64,000 nt of DNA, from NCBI GenBank assembly GCA_965112735.1, contig OZ218951.1, positions 1,984,001-2,048,000 of the forward strand, written 5' to 3'. The notes beneath the pieces are model-generated. The model saw only the letters and a list, made by a program, of their open reading frames with translations, made no database searches and had not been told where the DNA came from. Position 1 is the first letter of the stretch; every line of letters starts with the position of its first letter. Positions 22,587 to 34,498 of this stretch are shown here, piece by piece. Position numbers and translations under genes: made by a program. Source of the DNA: Phaeosaccion multiseriatum (lineage: Eukaryota; Protista; Ochrophyta, other classes).

Positions 22587-22789
22587 GGTGAGCAAGTGGC
22601 CCCGCCCTTACAGCGTATGTACAGTAGTTGGTTTGGTGATCGGGGGGTTCACAGATGCCGATGGCTGTGTTGAGAGTGCTGACAGACACGTCCGCGCAGC
22701 CGCTGCCTAGATGAGCGGTGCCTGTCTTTTGCCTCTTACACGAGCACAGCACCCTTCTCCCCCCCTCTCTCTTTCTGCCTTGCTCAACC

Positions 22790-24362
22790 ATGTAAAGGAC
22801 CCTCAGCACTGAGGTCTACAAATTTTCAAACTCCCCCCTTGTCCCTCCCTCGAACGACGCACCCACTCGCTCGGTCCATGCATGCCCCCCTCTTACACTC
22901 GCGCTGCTCCTTTTTCTCCTTGTGGCAGGCCACCCGCCTGAAGGGAGCCATCATCAGTGGCCAGAGCGTAAAAAAAGGTGAAAGGGGCGGTGAGAGCCCT
23001 CGTCGCTGAAAACGGAGGGAGCAAGGCATGCTTGGACGAGCCCCTCGATAAGAGAGAGTGGGTTGCCCTACCCGCAGCTATATATGAAGGGCGGGGTGAC
23101 ATCATAGCTCTTCTGCTGCAAGAGGGGGCGTCGGCGAATGCTGCAAATTGGGTGTACGGGTTGACTGCGTTAATGGGTGTATGTACGGTAAAGGATGCTG
23201 CTGCTATTGTACCACGGCTTGTCTCTGCTGGTGCGGACGTCAATGCAGTAACGATGGAGAGAAACACGGCTCTCATGACGGCCTCCTCGGAGGGGGCCGT
23301 TGTGGTGGTGCACAAGCTGGTCTCCGCCGGTGCCAGCGTGGACTGGGTTGACAGTGAAGGTTCCACAGCGTTGACCCATTCGGCACAGGACGGCCATCAT
23401 GCGGTGGTGCAGTAGCTGCTCTCAGCCGGCGCGGAGGTCGATATGACAGATTCCGTAGGCTTTACGCCATTGGTAGTGGCCTCCCATCGAGGACATCTTG
23501 CGGTGGTGCAGCAGCTGCTGTCGGCCGGCGCTGATCCCAACCACTGTGATGACAGAAATGTTTGGGCCGCACCCCCTTGACGATGGCCACACGAAACGGA
23601 CACCACAGGGTCACGCAGCTGCTCCTCATCTCCGGGGCGGAGGCGAATTTAGGAGGCCGCAGCCAGTGGGATGCGCTCTATCTTGCAAGCCAACATGGAC
23701 ATGGCATTGTGGTGGATCAGCTCCTCGCAGCCGGCGCGAAACTCGAACGCCGCAATGGTGAGGAGGGGAGAAGTGCGTTGATGGGAGCGTCTATGGAAGG
23801 GCACAGAAGTATTGTGCGAAAGCTGCTCAGGGCGGGTGCAGAGTTGAATGCCGTGGGTGGCGACGGGTGGGGGGCGATACACTTGGCATCTCACGGAGGT
23901 CATGCTCGTGTCGTGGAGGAGATCATCTCAGCAGGTGCCGATGTGGAAATGCTGACTAGGGTGGGGGGTATACCTTTGTTGCTGGCTGCTGCGTTTGGTC
24001 ATGGGGCAGTGATTCATGAGCTCCTGTCTGCAGGGGCTGATCCTGACAATGAGGGCAGTGTCAGCAGCGGAACGCCCTTGTTTTGTGCAGCATTGAATGA
24101 CCACAGCGGGGCGGCGCTGGAGCTGCTCTCAGGAGGGGCCTCACTGGCAAAGGCTCTGACCAAAGCGCGAGAGGATCGCGATGAAGCCCGTATTGTAGAA
24201 TTCCTCCTGACCGCCGACAGGCAACACTTTGCGTCACAAAGCGCGCTGGACCTGATGCGGGACATTGACCCTGTCTTTGGCAAGGAAGGGGGGCTGAAGG
24301 TGTCCCAGAGAGAGATTGGCCCTGACGTGCTGCAGGAGGTGGCGGAGGAGATGGCATGGTGA
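22790..24362 (+). pseudogene. ankyrin-repeat pseudogene (divergent paralog), copy 1
   Basis: Ankyrin repeats split over ORFs 22978-23415 and 23562-24362; ATG-TAA at 22790, TAG at 23413, frameshifts; C-terminal SQSALDLMR..FGKE motif shared with the intact genes. Confidence 0.8.
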
Positions 24363-24659
24363 AAGCGGCACCTCTCGCCTGCGGTTTGGCCAGGGCGTTG
24401 AGAAGGAAGGGGACGAAAATGGCCCTCGTCAGACTTGCAGAGGCAGTGTTGATGGGGTGGAGCAGAGGTCAGCGTGAGAGGCTGTGGGGTAGGTAGGAGG
24501 ATGAAGGAGGGAGAGACGTCCAAGGAGGTTGGTGTGAGTGTAGGTGGTAATAACGTAAGAACAAGCTGCTTCACCACTCCTCCTCCTATCTTCTTTTCCC
24601 CTTCCCCCTTCCATCCCCAGCCCCTACGCACCCCTCACCCACTCACATAAACACGCACG

Positions 24660-25660
24660 CTTTCCAGCACTCACTCACCCACTCCTCACCCACTCACTCA
24701 CGCGGGACACACGGACGCACGCACTCGCACGCTCGCATGCACGCACTCACTCATTCACTTCCTCACTCCCTCCTCCGTCTCTCCCTCTTCCCTCCCTCTC
24801 TCCCTTCCTCCTTCCTCCCTCCCTCCCTCCCTCCCTTCCTTCCCTCCCTCCCTCCCTCCCTCCATCACTCACTCACTCACTCATTCACTCACTCACTCAC
24901 TCACCCACTCACTCACTCACTCACTCACTCACTCACTCACTCACTCACTTACTCACTCACTCACTCACTCACTCATTCAATCACTCCCTCCCTCCCTCCC
25001 TCCCTCCCTCCCTCCCTCCCTCCCTCCCTCCCTCCCTCCCTCCCTCCCTCCCTCCCTCCCTCCCTCCCTCCCTCCCTCCCTCCCTCCCTCCCTCCCTCCC
25101 TCCCTCCCTCCCTCCCTCCCTCCCTCCCTCCCTCCCTCCCTCCCTCCCTCCCTCCCTCCCTCCCTCCCTCCCTCCCTCCCTCCCTCCCTCCCTCCCTCCC
25201 TCCCTCCCTCCCTCCCTCCCTCCCTCCCTCCCTCCCTCCCTCCCTCCCTCCCTCCCTCCCTCCCTCCCTCCCTCCCTCCCTCCCTCCCTCCCTCCCTCCC
25301 TCCCTCCCTCCCTCCCTCCCTCCCTCCCTCCCTCCCTCCCTCCCTCCCTCCCTCCCTCCCTCCCTCCCTCCCTCCCTCCCTCCCTCCCTCCCTCCCTCCC
25401 TCCCTCCCTCCCTCCCTCCCTCCCTCCGTCACGCTTTTACTCCCTCAATCCCTCACTTCCTGGCAGACCCCCCTCACTCCCTCAGTCCCTCGCCTACCCA
25501 ATCACTCCCGCACGCACTCACTCTCACTCACGCACGCACGCACGCACTCAAGCCTTCACTCACTCCCCACCCTCACTACTCACCCCTCTCTCACTCACAC
25601 AGCACTCCATCCTTCCCTCACTCACTCCCTCACTCACCCCCCCTACTCCCTCACTTCGGC
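24660..25660. repeat. compound microsatellite (CACT)n/(CCCT)n, pure CCCT run ~24985-25426
   Basis: Directly visible; source of the spurious LPPS and GGRE ORFs. Confidence 0.95.
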
Positions 25661-26532
25661 TCCATCCCACCTATAGGCCTAGAGGTGTCTAGGCCTAGGC
25701 CGCTTACTGTGCCATCTAGCAGCAGGAACATTCTCTCCCGGGGGCTATTAGGGAGAGGAAGGGTCCGTAAGACCTTACGTATAGGTTAAAAGTAACGGGC
25801 CCGTGTCCCACATCCCCTCCTCTCCCCTTAGTTCTTTACCTGAGACAGATCGAGATAGGTACCTCTTAGGCTTCAGCTCCTTCGAGCAAGGTTAATCGGA
25901 GGCACCACTACGGACACTTAGTCTGTGGTGCAGTACTCTAACGGGCCCCCATCGGTTCTCTCGAGATCCACCACACTTTGTTCGGCTGTGAGATGCATAC
26001 TCACATAGCTACTACCGTCCGCCGTCGATTTCCTCTACAAACTACCACAATTGCCTCGACCAGGCACCACCTCCCATCCATGTGGATCTGCAGGTCGATG
26101 ACCAGGGAAGGGGAGCGTGGGCCGAGGGGCAGGAGCCCGAGTACGACAGCAGCGAGGAGGCCGCCGGCGCCACTGCCCCCTCGCCACCCCAACTGAGGCG
26201 GTTGCCCTTTCCGACTCCAGGAGTGGCGACGAGGGCGACAGCAAGCGAGCACCTCCACGACCCGGAGCCGAAGCGGTTCCAGCACGAGGAGAAGCAGGGG
26301 CAGTAGCCACAGCGACAGCACCGCCCTGCATGCCTTCGTGCTACACGAACTTTCGTCGTTCTCCGCCCAAGATGTTAGAAGCATACCGAGGTGATGAGGT
26401 TGGACTTATCAAGCATAAATTGTTAAATCTCCTGTGCCCTCTGCCCCTACGCTGACAATGCACGGAGCTCTCCCACGGAGTTCCCACCAAACAGCTTGAC
26501 CAAAGCTTGCACGCCTTGAAGAAGGACATCGC

Positions 26533-27717
26533 TCAGTTGCGGCAGTCGGCTCCTCTGCAGCGAAAAGAAGGACTACGATACGGAGGTGGAGTAAGCAAAA
26601 AGAAGAGCGGAAAACGCCGAGCTGGAACTTACGTAGAGGGCGCAGGTGTGGGTGATGCTTGGCTGTTGTCGATATAAATGAAGACCGAAGTTGATAGAAG
26701 CCATAGAAGCCCGGTCCGCGGTGTGAAGCGCAGGGCCGAGAAGAGAGGAGAAGTGGAGAGAAGAGAGTAGAGTGAGGAGAAGAAGACTCCGCTTGAGCAT
26801 GCAGTTCACTTGGGGGCTTACAGTTTGCGGGCGTGGCGGTCGCGATCATCCCCTAAGCCATCTTCATCGCCATCATCCCCGAACTCATCTTCTTCGTCTC
26901 CGTCCCTGACACGACGCGACGATGGTGTGCAGATGGCGCGCGATGGAGATAGGACAGCAGAGGGAAGAAGCGCGAGGGTAGGGGCGGAGAGGAAGATGTC
27001 AAGACGCCGGCAAGTGTAAAGCCGGGAGAGGGGGGGACGGAGAGAGAAACCCAGGGAGGGACGCAAAGAGGGCGCGAGGGGGAAACTTACTCCTGCAGCT
27101 TGCGGGCGCGGCGGTTGCCAGAGGGCGCAGGTGTGGGCGATGCTTGACTGTTGTCGATGTACATGAAGACCGAAGTTGATAGAAGCCCGGTCCGCGGTGT
27201 GAAGCGCAGGGCCGAGAAGAGAGGAGCAGTGGAGAGAAGAGAGTAGAGTGAGGAGAAGAAGACTCCGCTTGAGCATGCAAGTTCACTTGGGTGCTTACAG
27301 TTTGCGGGCGCGGCGGTCGCCATTATCCCCGAAGTCATCTTCATCGTTTCCGTCGCTATTGTTGGCGCAGTCCGTGAGGTCGCATGGAGAGGAAACGTCA
27401 CAGGAGAGGACGAAGCGCGAGCCCGGGGGAGTGGAGGCGGTGGAGGCGGATGTCAAGAGAGGAGGAGGGGGAGAGAAGCGCACAGAGGCGGGCAATGAGT
27501 CGGGGGGTTGCGAGGCAGAGGAGGGACAGCGGGCTCAAGAGCAGGTGTGTTCGAATGAGGCGACAAGAGCGGGGCAAAAGATCTTCCCCCCTTTTGATGC
27601 TCATGGAACTTACTCCTGCAGTTCGCGGGCCTCGGAGAAGGTGTCAGGGACTCGGGCGGCGCTGGAGAGCACTGCGACAAGGAGCAGGGTGAAGAGAGCG
27701 AAGAGAGAGAGGTGCAT
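26533..27717 (-). CDS. secreted RKL-motif multi-peptide precursor with Asp/Glu-rich and Pro/Ser/Thr modules (117 aa), 6 exons
   Basis: Exons 27717-27614, 27355-27299, 27147-27091, 26905-26822, 26662-26633, 26554-26533 give MHLSLFALFTLLLVAVLSSAARVPDTFSEAREL-QDDGNDEDDFGDNGDRRARKL-QASPTPAPSGNRRARKL-QEDGDEEDEFGDDGDEDGLGDDRDRHARKL-QASPTPAPSTGADCRN*; five gtaag..ag introns, all phase 2. Confidence 0.8.
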
Positions 27718-27999
27718 GGTGTGCTTGCGTGGGTTGGTTGGGTCCTGCGAGATAGCTCCTGTGTGTGTTGTTGTTGTGTTGTGTGACACGGGCAACACTC
27801 CACTCTCTTGGAGCCCTTTTGGATGATAGTATTCTTGATTGCAAAGGCCGTCCTGCAAAGACCCAAATTTGATGAGCGGGATGAGCACAGAGGCGGGTCT
27901 TTGCGGCATGTACCAGGCTGTGCAGACTGCGAGTGGGCCACTTGTGCCGTCCGCACATGTGCACAGAGGGGGGATAGCGCCCCTTCTTCTACGCGGAGG

Positions 28000-28840
28000 A
28001 GCCTTCGCCCCGTGCCAAGGTGCTGGCGCTGGAGGACATGAGGCGGAAGGTCCTGGCTGGCCATTGTGGGGGAAGGGCACCTTCGTCGCTGGTGTGAGCA
28101 AGGACTGGAAGAGGCTGTACAGCGCCGCTTATCCCCGGTTGGAGACCTCTCTTCTATTCGGATCTACGGCGGGCGCGCGTCAGTTTTTTCCACGCTACAG
28201 CCTTGTGGGGAGATGTGAGCATCTGCGAGGCCAAGGCCAAGGCCAAGGCCCTCCATCGCCACGGCTGCGCATGGGGCGAGAAAGTGTGCCAAGGCGCTGC
28301 CGAGAATGCCAAGCACGGCACGAGTATTCTCAAGTGGCTCCGCTCGGAAAGCCCTAACAAGAGACCGTGCCCCTGGAACGAGTATACTTGCACTCAAGCC
28401 GCATTGAGAGGGGACGTGGACATGGTCACGTGGCTGTTGTCGGATGAGGCATTTACTCCATTGGACTGGGGTGTGTGGAGCGAGGCTGCGCACAAGGGAT
28501 GTATCAATGTGCTGGAGATGCTTCTGAATCACCGCAGAGTCAGGCCTGAGCTTGAGGCGGCAGCGGGTGGTAGCGAGTGGCGATGGGGGGCTACCTGGGC
28601 TGCGGGGGAGGGCACTTGGAGGTGCTGTGCAAGAGGGACCTTATTGTTTGTTTCTTTGCTGTCAAGTACGCCGAAAGCCTACAGTATAGCTGCCGAGCGC
28701 CATGTGTCCATGGAACCAGGGTTCATTTCCGGATGTGCTGCTCAACACGGGTAGGTGGAGGGCGGGGAGGAACGACGCCTTTGAGGACATGAAGCGGTGG
28801 GCGCACGCCAATGGCCTCCCCTGCAACTGCGAGAACTGAG
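28000..28840 (+). pseudogene. degraded CPW-type ankyrin-like repeat gene
   Basis: Frameshifted fragments: FVAGVSKDWKRLY, HGCAWGEKVCQGAA, LKWLRSE..PCPWNEYTCTQAALRGDVDMVTWL, AAHKGCINVLEML, GGHLEVL, MCPW..WAHANGLPCNC. Confidence 0.65.
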
Positions 28841-30214
28841 GACTGAGGGCCGCCGGTGCATGTGGGATGATCACGGATGGGAGTGATAGGTGAAGGGGTC
28901 GCGATATGGTTGGCGGGTTAGGCCTGTGACGAGCACAGCGCCCACCGAAGGAAGGCACTGGTATCTATCGCTCGCCAGGGCATTGGAAATTTTGCTCTCT
29001 GGCGAAAGGGGTCCTCTCGTGCGGCGCCATGAATGGGGGAGTGTAGGCAAGAGGCAGCGGGGGACGGGAGGGGAGAGGGAGGGAGGGAGAGGGAGCGAGG
29101 AAGGGAGCGAGGCAGGAGGCGAGAGGGAGGAAGGGAAGGAGGCCGAGTGACAGGAGGGCAGCTACGAGGGATGGGGAGCCACTCTTCACCCGCAGCTTCA
29201 TGTCCAAGCTTCGAATGCTTCACCGGAAAAGCGGCGCATCGCAGTGTCGATCGTCCGAAGCACTCACAGGGTCCTGCTATCCGCGCACCAGGCTACATCG
29301 CGGGCTTGGCTCTTTGATGCTTCCACGACAGTCACATCAGAACAGGGCTAGGGTTAGGGTTAGTGTGAGGAATTGGGCTCATGGCGCTTCTGCACAGTAC
29401 GTGCTTCGTACGTGAGAAAATGATTCGGAAGGCGGTCAACGATGGGACTGCTGCAGCTCTTTGCGTATCGTAATACATCGTCGTCAACAGGCCCCTGCAC
29501 TCGGCCTTCTGCCTACGGTCTCCGCGGGCGCTCTGCCTGCTGTCTTCGTATGCCTGACTCAGGGCCTTGCCCTCCTGCGGGCTGCCTCTCCGCACGGCTC
29601 TACCCCTCCTCAGTAGCGCAGCACGCTACACGGGCGGCCCTGTGGTAGGCAGCATTATGTGCTTCAGCGAGAGAGGCACCACACTTTGGTCCCAAAGGTA
29701 AAAACCACATGGAATGGGTGGCTCAGCTTGACGCGCTGTAGCGGGCCCGAAGAGCGCGCCCGCTTCGTGTTCACGAAAATCATTGTAGCTATGCCGTGGA
29801 GCAGCGCGGAGGCAGTCGGAGGGGAGACAGTCTGCAGAGCAGGCCCAAGGCGCGAAAGCAGCATCAGGGCTGCACGCGATCCTCTTTGCAGGGCAGTGTG
29901 CCGTCGTAGCTTCTTCCTCCGCCATGCGCCCAGCCTGTGCGTCATCGCCACCAGCACGCGTGGGGCCCAGCGCTTCCTACCCAGTGTGCAAAGGAACCTC
30001 GTCCGCTGCCTTCCCGCCTGACCACCTGCCCCGGACAACCCTCTGCCATACCCATACACCTGCAAATCTTGGCACGGGTTGTCACGATCACTTATCAAGG
30101 GGGGTGGTCCAAAAAAAGGGCTCCAGGCATTTTTTTTTGTTTTTCTCTGCCTTGCTCACAACCACAGTTGCCTCAGGCCTCGCTACTGCCCCGCAAGACT
30201 ACCAGCAAAGCACC

Positions 30215-30919
30215 ATGACTCGCGTCATCCTCACTCTCTTCGCCCTGCTCTTCGTGGCAGTGCTCTCCGGCGCCGCCGAAGTCCCCGACACCATCAAGGA
30301 CAAGCCGGCCCGCAAGCTGTAAGTTCAAGGATCGGATCTTGCCTGCTTGTGCCCGTGCACGTCCTCTACACTCGGCTCTCCTCCTCGGCTCTCGCACACC
30401 TCTTGTCTGCCTCACGCTCCGCTCGACTAATGTTGTACGCTCGCTTTTGCCCCTGCCGCGCGCCTCCGCTCCGCCTTCGTCCCTGCCTCCCTTCACCTTC
30501 CCGGGCGCCACTCCACTACAGGAGCTACGGCTCTCGAGGCGAAGGCCACCAGAGGGGACGCAAACTGTAAGTGACGTCGTCTCCCTACATCGCTCACACC
30601 TGCTTACTGTCTGTCTCTCACCGTCATCCCCTTTCCACTCCGCGCTCCTCATCCACTCGGATCCAATTGACTCCGCCGCCATCGACCCGGATCGTGTGCC
30701 CCCCCCCGCTCAACTTGGGCATCCTTTACCCCTCTGGCGATAACAGCTACCACTGGGGCGGATGGGGCGGATGGGGATGGGGCAAGTGGGGCAAGTGGGG
30801 CAAGTGGGGAGGGTGAGTGCTGGTGGGGCAAGTGGGGACTGGCTGAGTATATATATATGCGTGTCCGTCTCACATCTGTCCTCCTCCCTTCGCCTCCTCC
30901 TTCGCGCTGCAGCTGGTGA
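30215..30919 (+). CDS. secreted RKL-motif precursor of a Trp/Gly-rich peptide (73 aa), copy 2
   Basis: Exons 30215-30318, 30522-30566, 30747-30812, 30913-30919; protein identical to copy 1 except for one in-frame Gly deletion, while the introns carry more indels. Confidence 0.8.
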
Positions 30920-32336
30920 GCGATGTCCATCTTCCGGATGGGTCTATCTCCGCCCCCGCCCATCGTTCGCGTCCGCGCTGCTCTGATGGCAAGCACCTTC
31001 ACCACCAGCCAGCAGGTGCTCGGTGCTCCGGAGCTTTCGACAACAAGCTTCGTGTGACCATAGGCAGAGAGAAAGGAGCCTTATTTATTTGATATCGTAT
31101 TTGCATTAATTCAGTCTCGCAACTTGTTGAGATCCTTCTCAGAGCGATGTCTCGGCCCCGACATGTGTGCTCCTTGAGATGCTAAGCAGCAGCAGCGTCA
31201 CAACTAACTGCTGATGGGTTGAGTGCTGCCCCCTCAAAACAATCCCAAGACGGCGGCGCAGTCTTTTCTCACTCCACACCCCAAAGACTAGCTAGCCAGA
31301 ACAGACTGCCGATCCATGTCTAGCTATGAGGCAAGAAGGAAGCGAGAGTAAAAGGCAGCGGGAGGGAGAGAGAGAGACTGGGAGGGAGAGCGGGATAGAT
31401 ATCTCCGCTCCTTGTGCTGCTGCCCTTCTCAACGCCTCCGCGCTCTTCGACAAGGTAACGGCGCTGAGGGGAGTCGTAATCCAATCCAATGCTGAAGTCA
31501 ATGGGAGTGAGTGTGGTACAGGAGCCCTTCCCTTTCCTCGTGCTGCCTCTCTCTACAAGTGAGCACCCGCTGCAGCAGCGAAGGCATAGAAAGCTTCTTG
31601 TAGTCATCGGTCACTCTGCCTGTCACGGGTCCTCCCCGCTCTCTGGCATGTTTAGCTATGGAGGCCTCAGAAGGTATTGGGTTTGGTGATCCGATTCACA
31701 GATCCCGATCGCAGGAGGGGGGGGGGGGGGGGGGTTCCGTTGCTTGGGTCGAGGGGGCAGCGACAGCAAGGCTGTATTGGGTGTGGACAGACGCGACCGC
31801 GCAGCTGCTGCCTAGATGAGCGGTGCCTGCCTTTGGCCTCCACACGAGCACGACCCCCGCCTAGGACCTGGCGTTCACCTTTACCATTGTGTGTTTAGCA
31901 GGGCAGTACCCTTCTCTAAGCTACGACTACTTGCTGTGCCCGCATGCCCCACCCAGGAAGCTCTCGGCCTCTATCCATCGGGACTACACTCTCCCCCCTT
32001 CAAACGCATTGACCTTCCCTCTCCCCCCCCCCTCAAGCTATACACTATATCCATTGGTCCCGTAAGCTGCACACTTGACTCCCCCCCCCCCCCCCCGGGC
32101 CCTCGTACCTCCTGTACTCCGCTCCTCTCTGCGACAGACGATCACAATCACTTCACTACTCCTACACCAAGCCAGTGTGCCGTGGACTGTCTCTCTCTCG
32201 CATCGCATCCTGATGTACATGCTCACTCGCATGGGCGGCATGACTGGTGCAAGCGAGCAAGCTGGAGCGGTACTCTTTCGCTGCCAAAGTCGTCGCTGCC
32301 CTACCAGCCCCCACCCCGCACATCCCTCCTGCTCGC

Positions 32337-34408
32337 TCAGCCCATCTCCTCCGCCACGCTCTCCCACGTCTCGCTCTGCACACTCCAGGGCCTCTCCAGC
32401 GGCAGGATTCCGCTCTCCTTGCCGAAGGTCTTATCCGTCCTTCGCATGAGGTCCAGCGCGGTTTGGGACCGGAAGAAGGCTGCTGCCGCCTCCGTAAGTC
32501 GCTGCTCGATGTCCCGGCCGAGCTGCCACCGCCGGGCCTCAGCCAAGGCCTTCTCCACCGAAGCACCGGCCGAGAGGAGCTGCCGCACAATGCTGTGCTG
32601 ATCACTACAGATAGCGGCAACCAGCGGGGAACAAGGGATGTCTACTCTTGAGGCATCCATGGGGGATCCCGCAGAGATGAGAAGAGCGACGACGGCCTCG
32701 TGCCCTTTCAGCGCGGCAAGGTGGAGGGGTGTTGCGCCAGTGTTGGCCTCTTTGTCCACACGTGCTCCCGCAGAGAGAAGCTTCTCCACCACGGCGTCGT
32801 GTCCATGTTGACAGGCAAGGTGAAGAGCAGTGTAACCTTTGGGTTCAGCCTTGTCGATGGGGGATCCCGCAGAGATGAGACGAGCGACGACGGCCTCGTG
32901 CCCATTCTTCGCGGCAAGAAGGAGGGGCGTCGCGCCATTGTTGGCCTCTTTGTCCACACGTGCTCCCGCACAGAGAAGCTTCTCCACCACGGCGTCGTCT
33001 CCACGTTGAGAGGCAATGTGAAGAGCAGTGAAACCTTTGGGGTCAGCCTTGTCGATGGGTGACCCCGCAGAGATGAGACGAGCGACGACGGCCTCGTGCC
33101 CACCCTCCGCGGCAAGGATGAGGGGTGTTGCGCCAGTGTTGGCCTCTTTGTCCACACGTGCTCCCGCAGAGAGAAGCTTCTCCACCACGGAGTCGTGCCC
33201 TTCCTGACAGGCAAAGTGAAGAGCAGTGAAACCTTCGGGGTCAGCCTTGTCCACACGTGCTCCCGCAGAGATGAGACGAGCGACGACGGCCTCGTGCCCA
33301 TTCTGCGCGGCAAGCATGAGGGGTGATTCGCCGGTGTTGGTACATTTGTCCACCTGTGCTCCCGCACAGAGAAGCTTCTCCACCACGGCGTCGTGCCCTT
33401 CCTGACAGGCAACGTGAAGAGGAGTGAAACCTTGAAGTTCAGCCTTGTCGATGATGGCGTGAGCCCTGATGAGCTGCTGTACAGTGCCCGCATGCCCATT
33501 GAGCGATGCCATCAGAAGCGGAGTTCTGCCGAGATCACTGGCGTGGTTCACATCCGCTTGGGCTGAGATGAGGTGCCTTGGAACAGAGCCATGTCCATTC
33601 TGAGAGGCCATCCAAATCGGAGAAAACCCCTGCTTCGCCGCCAAGTCGACACTAGCGCGCGCCGAAAGCAGCCGCTGCACTATCGTGGAGTGCCCTCTAC
33701 CTGAGGCTGCCATCAAGGGAGTAACTCCTGCGTCATTCGCTTCGTCGAAAGGGGCTCCAATGACCAACAGCCGCCTCACCACCTGATCGTGTCCGTTGCC
33801 GGCAGCGCATATCAACGCCGTGTCTCCAAAGGGCCCGCCTCTGGTTCTGAAGGAGGCCCCTTCCCGCAACAGAAGGTCCACGACATCCAGTCGACCGTAT
33901 CTTGAAGCGCAGAGTGCAGACGAATAGCCCTCTTCATCGATAGGCTGATCCAAACTCGCTTTGCCGTGCTTGGCGATGAGCTTCCCAATCAGCGCTCTCA
34001 CAGTGAGGAAGCTATCTCCCCTTGCCAGAGCCTGTCCGAGTCGCCGCGCCTGGTGTTGTGGAGGGAAAGGAGTTAAGGGGGGAGAGGGCGCATAAACCGG
34101 ACAAAAAGGGATCAACGGAGAGCGGCTCATAGGTCGACACGCGAGCTTCCCAGCGCAGCTATCGTATCCGCAGAATGACCCCCCCTCCCTTCTTTCTCTC
34201 CAGTCGTCTTGCTACTGCGTACTGTGCCTCAAAAGAGGGCAAGCTGCTCACAACTTCGGGAGCGTTACGTAAGCGTCCTTCCGCAGCTATCGTGTCTACC
34301 ATTCGAACTCCCCCCTCTCGCTTTGCGCTTTTCTCTCTGAAGCACAGAGTCGTCCTCCAAGAGGGCGCTAGGTCGTACCTCGGGCGTTGTAGTTGCCTGC
34401 TGCGCCAT
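32337..34408 (-). CDS. ankyrin-repeat protein, 14 repeats, 580 aa (array copy 2)
   Basis: Exon 34408-34379 (MAQQATTTPE) + 34049-32337. Confidence 0.9.
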
Positions 34409-34498
34409 GGGGAGCAAGTGGCCCCGCCCTTGAGACGGGAGTGGTGACACAAGGGTGATATTTTTCCTTCTTGATTCCTGAAAGGCCAAGGAGCGCGG

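Larger units (their letters stand above)
18128..22608. repeat. segmental duplication unit, copy 1 (Trp/Gly peptide gene + ankyrin gene); paralog at 29516-34431
   Basis: Near-identical collinear sequence, including non-coding DNA, between 18128-22608 and 29516-34431. Confidence 0.9.
29516..34431. repeat. segmental duplication unit, copy 2
   Basis: Collinear paralog of 18128-22608, with a longer ankyrin gene. Confidence 0.9.

Noticed and set aside
22790-23415. Possible TAR-to-Gln genetic code: confident genes here end in TGA, and the ankyrin pseudogene has TAA/TAG at Gln positions
   Set aside because: Gln-rich long genes contain no in-frame TAA/TAG. CAR-to-TAR is the commonest nonsense change, and the same copies also carry frameshifts.
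24737-25789. 350-aa LPPS and 151-aa GGRE repeat ORFs
   Set aside because: Translations of a (CCCT)n microsatellite.
25670-26500. CCTAGG-containing stretch and short ORFs that could be a TE fragment
   Set aside because: No TIR pair, TSD or transposase motif could be identified.
29343-29363. Telomere-like agggctagggttagggttag
   Set aside because: Only two or three units, which is insufficient evidence.
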